NCBI RefSeq assembly: GCF_036323395.1
Contig: NZ_AP028907.1
Location: forward strand, 60,001 to 92,000
Reading direction: 5' to 3'
Source: Pyrodictium abyssi
GTDB taxonomy: Archaea; Thermoproteota; Thermoprotei_A; Sulfolobales; Pyrodictiaceae
DNA: 32,000 nucleotides
In this document: positions 27,417-32,000 of the stretch, one piece after another
Layout: every line of letters begins with the position of its first letter
Numbering within the stretch: position 1 is the stretch's first letter
Made by a program: the position numbers and the translations under genes
Notes under the pieces: generated by a model
Seen by the model: the letters and a program-made list of their open reading frames with translations, nothing else
Database searches by the model: none
Told to the model about the DNA's origin: nothing

Positions 27417-29616
27417 GCCTTGGGAGCACTGTCTCCAGCGCCCCGTTCCTGGTCTCTGCCTGTAGCCGCTTGCCCCGTAGTGGTAGGTAGGCCGTGTAGC
27501 TGTCTGCTTCTAGGCCCAGCTGCTCCGGGCGTAGCCTGAGCCGCACGCCGTGCACTGGTACTACCGTCGTGGCGGGGTGTACTGCCTCGTGGGTGCCGAA
27601 GGAGGCGACCGGCTGCCGGGCGTCGCCTAGCCCGCGGCTCATTATCCTCTGGTTGTAGGTGTGGTTAATGAGGTGCACTATGACCCGGCCGCTCTGCCTC
27701 CATGGCTCTGCCTGGACTGTGGAGGGGGCGTCCACCTCTAGGGGGAGAGGGCCGCCAGCGTGGGTTACAGCGTTGTATATGAGCCTTAGGTAGTCTGTGA
27801 GGCCTAGCCTCCAGTAGTGGCGGCCCAGCTGCCCTGTGAAGTAGACGCTTCTCCCGGCTCCGTGCCTGTTGACCACTATTGCCGGCGCCTTGGTCTCTGC
27901 CCCGATCGGTGGCGGAGACCTGCCGAGGGTGTACTCGTCGCCCCAGGGGTACTCTGTGAGCCCTATCCTGGCGGGGGTCTCGGCGCCCTCGGCCGGGTCT
28001 ACTATCGTGTGCCAGCCTAGCTCGGGGCTTGTGCGGCTCTGGCGGAAGCTGTAGTCCATGTCTCCCCAGGGTATGAGGCGACGGGGTAGCCCCCGGGTTA
28101 CGGGGTGGCTTGGCTGGTCTACTACTAGGTAGCTCCAGTCTAGCCGTAGGAGGCCGCGGAGACGGGCGCCCAGCGCCTCTGCCGCCGCGAACTCGTAGCG
28201 TTCTATGCAGTCGCCGTCCCAGCTGCCTGCGAGGTACGTTGCCACGAGGCCTCCGCCGCCAGCGACGTATCCTGCCACCTCGCTGGCTGCGTGGTCCGGT
28301 AGGCAGACAGTGTTGGCGAGGACTACTACGCGGTAGCGCCGGAGCGTCTCCCCTATGTCGCGGGCTGAGAGGTACTCTACGGGCACGTGGCTGTGCTGGA
28401 GGGCGTAGTAGAACCCGCGGACCTCGTCTAGGTAGTGCTGGGGCTCACTGCGGCCGTAGTGGTCCAGCGTCTTAGTAGAGTAGACCACGGCCGCGTAGCG
28501 TACCGGCTCGGCCGCGTCGAGGTACTCTTCGAGGGCCTCGTGCTCCCTGAACACCTGCTCGGCTGCGTCCAGCGCGCTGGGGTCCTGGAAGTAGGCCGTG
28601 GAGAATACTAGGAGCCAGGGCGAGGCCCCGGCAGCCATGGCCTCGCGGAGCCCCTGCCTTATCGCGAGGGGGGAGGTGGCCACAGTTGTCCGGTACATGT
28701 GGAAGTAGTTCCTGGTAGCCCAGACGGGTTTGCCTCCGCTGACGGCGCGGCTAAGCTTGCTCATCTCTGCTATGAAGCCGGGCGGCTCCCGGTCGGCCTC
28801 GCTAGTCTCCACCATCACCACGTCTATCGCGTCGCGGGCCTCCTCCACTACGCGGTTATTGCGCCCACCCCAGCCGCCGGGGTGGCTGTTGTAGAGGAGC
28901 GGTGCGCCCGGCGCCGCCTCCTGTACTACTCTCTTTATCTCGCGGAGCTTCTCGGCGACCACCCTGTAGCGCCATTCCCAGAGCGCTCGCCACCTACTAT
29001 CGCCCCAGTCGGGCTCCCGGGGCATCTCGTAGCCGTGCTCGCGGCGGAACCTCTCCTGGCACCAGCGACAGTAGCAGCTCTTGTCGGGGTCCGGCTGGTA
29101 GCGGAAGCTGTCCAGCAGTATCCCCGAGGCGCCTAGCCCGAGCGCCTCAGCGACCTCCCTCTTGACGTGCTCGGCGAAGGGCGAGTTAAGGCACAGCAGG
29201 GGCCATTCGGGCTCGTAGCCCTGCTCGGCTGCCGGGACGTGCTCCAGCATTATTACCTCGCCGTGGCGGTTTACCTGGGCCCAGTCGCCGTGGAGCCGGT
29301 AGAGGTACTTGTTAGCGGTATGCCCGACCATTAGGACCACGCGTATACCGTGGCGCCGAGCCTCCTCGATGGCCTCGCGGACTAGGTCGCCCTTCATCTT
29401 GGCGTGGACGGGGCCTACCGTGCCGCCCCGGTAGAATATCCTGCCCCAGGCGTCGCGCGCGAATATCACGAGGACGTTAGCGTGGAGCCTCGCGGCGAGC
29501 CTAGCTAGCTCGCTGCCGCTGAGACGGGGCACGTAGACCCCGTAGCGGTCCTCTATGTTGAACTGGAGGACCCTTACGGGCCTCTCCCACCAATGCCTGC
29601 TTGTAGGAGGGTCCAC
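27376..29616 (-). CDS. Putative glycoside hydrolase (TIM-barrel, GHL6/beta-galactosidase-like with amidotransferase-like trimerisation domain)
   Basis: VLQFNIEDRYGVYVPRLSGSELARLAARLHANVLVIFARDAWGRIFY; GASGILLDSFRY; CYCRWCQERFRREHGYEMP; LLYNSHPGGW; GGGLVATYLAG; GRSVYFTGQLGRHYW. Confidence 0.78.
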   Translation of the reverse strand: MDPPTSRHWWERPVRVLQFNIEDRYGVYVPRLSGSELARLAARLHANVLVIFARDAWGRIFYRGGTVGPVHAKMKGDLVREAIEEARRHGIRVVLMVGHTANKYLYRLHGDWAQVNRHGEVIMLEHVPAAEQGYEPEWPLLCLNSPFAEHVKREVAEALGLGASGILLDSFRYQPDPDKSCYCRWCQERFRREHGYEMPREPDWGDSRWRALWEWRYRVVAEKLREIKRVVQEAAPGAPLLYNSHPGGWGGRNNRVVEEARDAIDVVMVETSEADREPPGFIAEMSKLSRAVSGGKPVWATRNYFHMYRTTVATSPLAIRQGLREAMAAGASPWLLVFSTAYFQDPSALDAAEQVFREHEALEEYLDAAEPVRYAAVVYSTKTLDHYGRSEPQHYLDEVRGFYYALQHSHVPVEYLSARDIGETLRRYRVVVLANTVCLPDHAASEVAGYVAGGGGLVATYLAGSWDGDCIERYEFAAAEALGARLRGLLRLDWSYLVVDQPSHPVTRGLPRRLIPWGDMDYSFRQSRTSPELGWHTIVDPAEGAETPARIGLTEYPWGDEYTLGRSPPPIGAETKAPAIVVNRHGAGRSVYFTGQLGRHYWRLGLTDYLRLIYNAVTHAGGPLPLEVDAPSTVQAEPWRQSGRVIVHLINHTYNQRIMSRGLGDARQPVASFGTHEAVHPATTVVPVHGVRLRLRPEQLGLEADSYTAYLPLRGKRLQAETRNGALETVLPRLDEYEAVVIEPRA

Positions 29617-29682
29617 GACGCTACAACCAGTAGGTATGTATACACTGTGTGGAGAATATATGGCTCCTAGCCTGTAGGGCCG

Positions 29683-30507
29683 CTAGAGCACACCCAGCGC
29701 GAGTAGCCGGGCGACGTGCGCCCAGCCCTCGGGGGCCGGCTCCGGTGCCACGTGGTAGTCTGTCCGCCGTGGCCGGGCTAGCAGCTTGCCTCCCACCTGT
29801 GGTATCACGACCGCCGTATCCACGGCTTCGAGGAGGTCCTCGTCGAGGCGTGTATCCCCGATGCCCACTGTCGCCACGCTGGGGAACACCGACTCCTCCA
29901 CGAGCCTCCTAACCGCACGGGCCTTGCCGTAGCCCCGGCCAACGTGCAGGAGGCGCCCACTGCGCACTGTGAGCCCTAGCTCCTCCGCCCGCCTGGCTGC
30001 CTGCTCCATGCACTCCCGGCTGGGGCTCCAGTAGACCTCTATGTAGCGGCGCTTCTGGGCGAGTTCTGCCCGGAAGCCCTCGAGCCCCGTCATAGCCTCG
30101 GCGATGCCCGGCGGCGCCCGGGTGAGCCGGTAGAGCTTCTCGCTGCAGGGAGTAGAAGCCACCTCCTCTAGGAGAGGCTCCAGCTTCTCGAGCGGCTCAC
30201 CCACCTCGATGTAGTCCAGGCCCAGTTTCTCGTCGAAGCCGGTGGCCCGCGTTAAGACGCCGGGCGTAGCGTATACAGCGCCGCCTGCCTCGACAATGGC
30301 TATGAACGGTTCCTGGTCTAGGCCTAGGCTCCTTCTTAGCGCAAGCACCTCCTCTATGGTCTTAGCAGTCACCGGGACAACGAGGAAGCCGAGCATCCGG
30401 AGCAGGCGGGCATAGTACGCGTTGTCCCCGATTCTGCCGTCGTAGCTCATCATGCTCCCGTCGAGGTCTGTGAGCACCAGCCGCCTAGGCTGCCAGAGGG
30501 TCGGCAT
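29683..30507 (-). CDS. mpgP: Mannosyl-3-phosphoglycerate phosphatase
   Basis: HAD motif LVLTDLDGSMM; VPVTAKTIEEV; AIVEAGGAVY; TVGIGDTRLDEDLLEAVDTAVVIP. Immediately downstream of mpgS. Confidence 0.88.
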   Translation of the reverse strand: MPTLWQPRRLVLTDLDGSMMSYDGRIGDNAYYARLLRMLGFLVVPVTAKTIEEVLALRRSLGLDQEPFIAIVEAGGAVYATPGVLTRATGFDEKLGLDYIEVGEPLEKLEPLLEEVASTPCSEKLYRLTRAPPGIAEAMTGLEGFRAELAQKRRYIEVYWSPSRECMEQAARRAEELGLTVRSGRLLHVGRGYGKARAVRRLVEESVFPSVATVGIGDTRLDEDLLEAVDTAVVIPQVGGKLLARPRRTDYHVAPEPAPEGWAHVARLLALGVL

Positions 30508-30535
30508 ACCGCTGCCCCGCGTGTAGAGTCACAGA

Positions 30536-31702
30536 CTACTTGAAGTAGTGTGCCATCTGGCTCTCGGCTAGTAGTGTCGAGAGCGTCTTATCCGGGTCTA
30601 TGCCCTCGAGGCTGTACACTCTCGGCTTGGGCGGCTCGCCCTCGTAGCTGTAGTCCTTGAGAAGGCCCAGTATCCTTTCACGGACCTCCTCGTCAGAGCC
30701 GAGCCTGGAGTGGTACACCGTGCCCAGGCTCTCAGCCAGCATCCCTGCTATGTGCTCGTCCCCGCGCTCAGCGTGTATGTGGGGGTTACGCGCCTCTATC
30801 TGGAGTATGTTGACGCCCTCGGGTAGGAGGCGGCAAGAGCCTCCCTCTAGGCCTAGGAAGCAGTCCTCAAGGAGCTGGACTATCTGGTATGGCTCTACGG
30901 CGAAGCCGCCCGCCCAGCGCATGCGGAGCGCGAGGTCAATGCTCATTGCGTGCTCGCCACTGTTAGCTGTTCGTACTATGTCCGTCTCGACCCGGCGTAT
31001 CCTCGAAAGAGCGTAGTTAATCACGCTGTTGGTGTGCATTGAGACTCTGCCGCGCTTCCTCAGGTACATGTCCGAGGAGGCTAGCTTGCCCTTGTAGTGC
31101 CACACTATCCTTACCATCGTGTAGGGAGACTCCGAGAGCGAGAAGCCCGCGTAGTATATCTTACTGTACTCGTTAGCGGCGCCCGGCACGTAGTTGTCGC
31201 TGTCTATGAAGCCCACATAGCGGGCGCCTATCCCGGCTGCCGCGAGGACCCCGAGTATCATGCCCTCGCCCTTACCGCTCCTCACAGCACCGCCGCTCAG
31301 CATGTCTTCGAGAGGTGTGCCAGCCAGCACCTCGGCCCACGCTGGGTCGCGCTGGTGTATGACGAGTATCTCTCGGCCAGTGACACTATGCAGAGTACGG
31401 GCCAGCTCCACTTCACGGCTATACACGTCTACCGGGGAGACCTGAGAGGCGGAGACGAGGACTATGGGCGATGCGTGCGGTATAGCACGGAGGACCCCCT
31501 CGAGCGTTATGAGCTCCTCGTCTTTCACCGGCACGACTATGGCCGTGGACGCTGCGTACTCTTCCATCGTCTCGTAGTCAAGCGTGTGGGTCCCAGACGG
31601 CTTCGACGACATGCCCAGAGAGTCTAGCTCTAGGACCCTCGACAGCTCGAATATCTTGACCGCGCCGTAAGCCTCGAACCTTGTAGGCAGACTGATCATC
31701 AA
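30536..31702 (-). CDS. mpgS: Mannosyl-3-phosphoglycerate synthase (GT55 type)
   Basis: TAIVVPVKDEELITLEGVLRAIPHASPIVLVSAS; VRSGKGEGMILGVLAAAGIGARYVGFIDSDNYVPGAANEYSKIYYAGF; IEARNPHIHAERGDEHIAGM. Confidence 0.93.
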   Translation of the reverse strand: MMISLPTRFEAYGAVKIFELSRVLELDSLGMSSKPSGTHTLDYETMEEYAASTAIVVPVKDEELITLEGVLRAIPHASPIVLVSASQVSPVDVYSREVELARTLHSVTGREILVIHQRDPAWAEVLAGTPLEDMLSGGAVRSGKGEGMILGVLAAAGIGARYVGFIDSDNYVPGAANEYSKIYYAGFSLSESPYTMVRIVWHYKGKLASSDMYLRKRGRVSMHTNSVINYALSRIRRVETDIVRTANSGEHAMSIDLALRMRWAGGFAVEPYQIVQLLEDCFLGLEGGSCRLLPEGVNILQIEARNPHIHAERGDEHIAGMLAESLGTVYHSRLGSDEEVRERILGLLKDYSYEGEPPKPRVYSLEGIDPDKTLSTLLAESQMAHYFK

Positions 31703-32000
31703 AGCTGCTCTGCACCTCCTAGCCTACTTGCTGTAAAGGGGTGATAGCAGCTAGGCTCAAGCCCTCTGCTACTCCCAAGTGGTCATCATCCGGGCGTGGG
31801 CGTCTAAGAGAGCCTGCATAAGAGGGGCTTGGTACTGCCCGCCCGTAGATCTCCCCAATCCTAAATTATATTGATTCCTCTCGTCTCAGTGCCGAGGCTG
31901 CATAAGGACAGCCCATAGGGGCTAAGGGCTCGTGGCTACGAGGAGAAACCCGTGTATAGGCGGCACCCGGGTTGACGGGCTAGCGCTTGAGTTCCTCGAG

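Noticed and set aside
31703-32000. Right-edge region with AT-rich ctaaattatattgattcc at about 31860
   Set aside because: Looks like a promoter or intergenic region, but no gene can be followed to the window edge with confidence.

Overview
The window looks like one contiguous stretch of a GC-rich hyperthermophilic crenarchaeal chromosome. Pyrodictiaceae/Desulfurococcales is an inference from gene content, GC, AT-rich TATA-like promoters and GTG/TTG starts. No tRNA, rRNA, CRISPR array or clear transposase was found by eye. Recognisable content: an overlapping thi4-thiC pair; a Trm-G10-like tRNA methyltransferase; an AEC permease; archaeal phosphopantothenate synthetase; a nitrate/sulfonate/HMP-type ABC importer; an MFS transporter; an archaeal AAA ATPase and a NurA-like nuclease; a solitary family-5 solute-binding protein; a Zn-ribbon/GNAT/ABC-ATPase fusion (COG2401-like) followed by an unassigned 403-aa protein; a XerA-like recombinase with a ~160-aa Pro/Gln/aromatic low-complexity tail; acetate-CoA ligase; and mannosyl-3-phosphoglycerate synthase and phosphatase followed by a putative glycosidase. 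The best leads are: (1) a split minus-strand gene at 1.7-2.6 kb that seems to encode a signal peptide, an acidic region and a four-helix, four-histidine b-type-cytochrome-like domain; (2) an archaeal ATPase remnant at 26.7-27.4 kb with a perfect 11-bp tandem duplication and a second frameshift; (3) two damaged PaREP1-like paralogs; (4) the GNAT-ABC fusion with its unknown neighbour; (5) the XerA tail; (6) the glycosidase-like gene next to mannosylglycerate synthesis genes; (7) a near-perfect direct repeat in the thi4 promoter.
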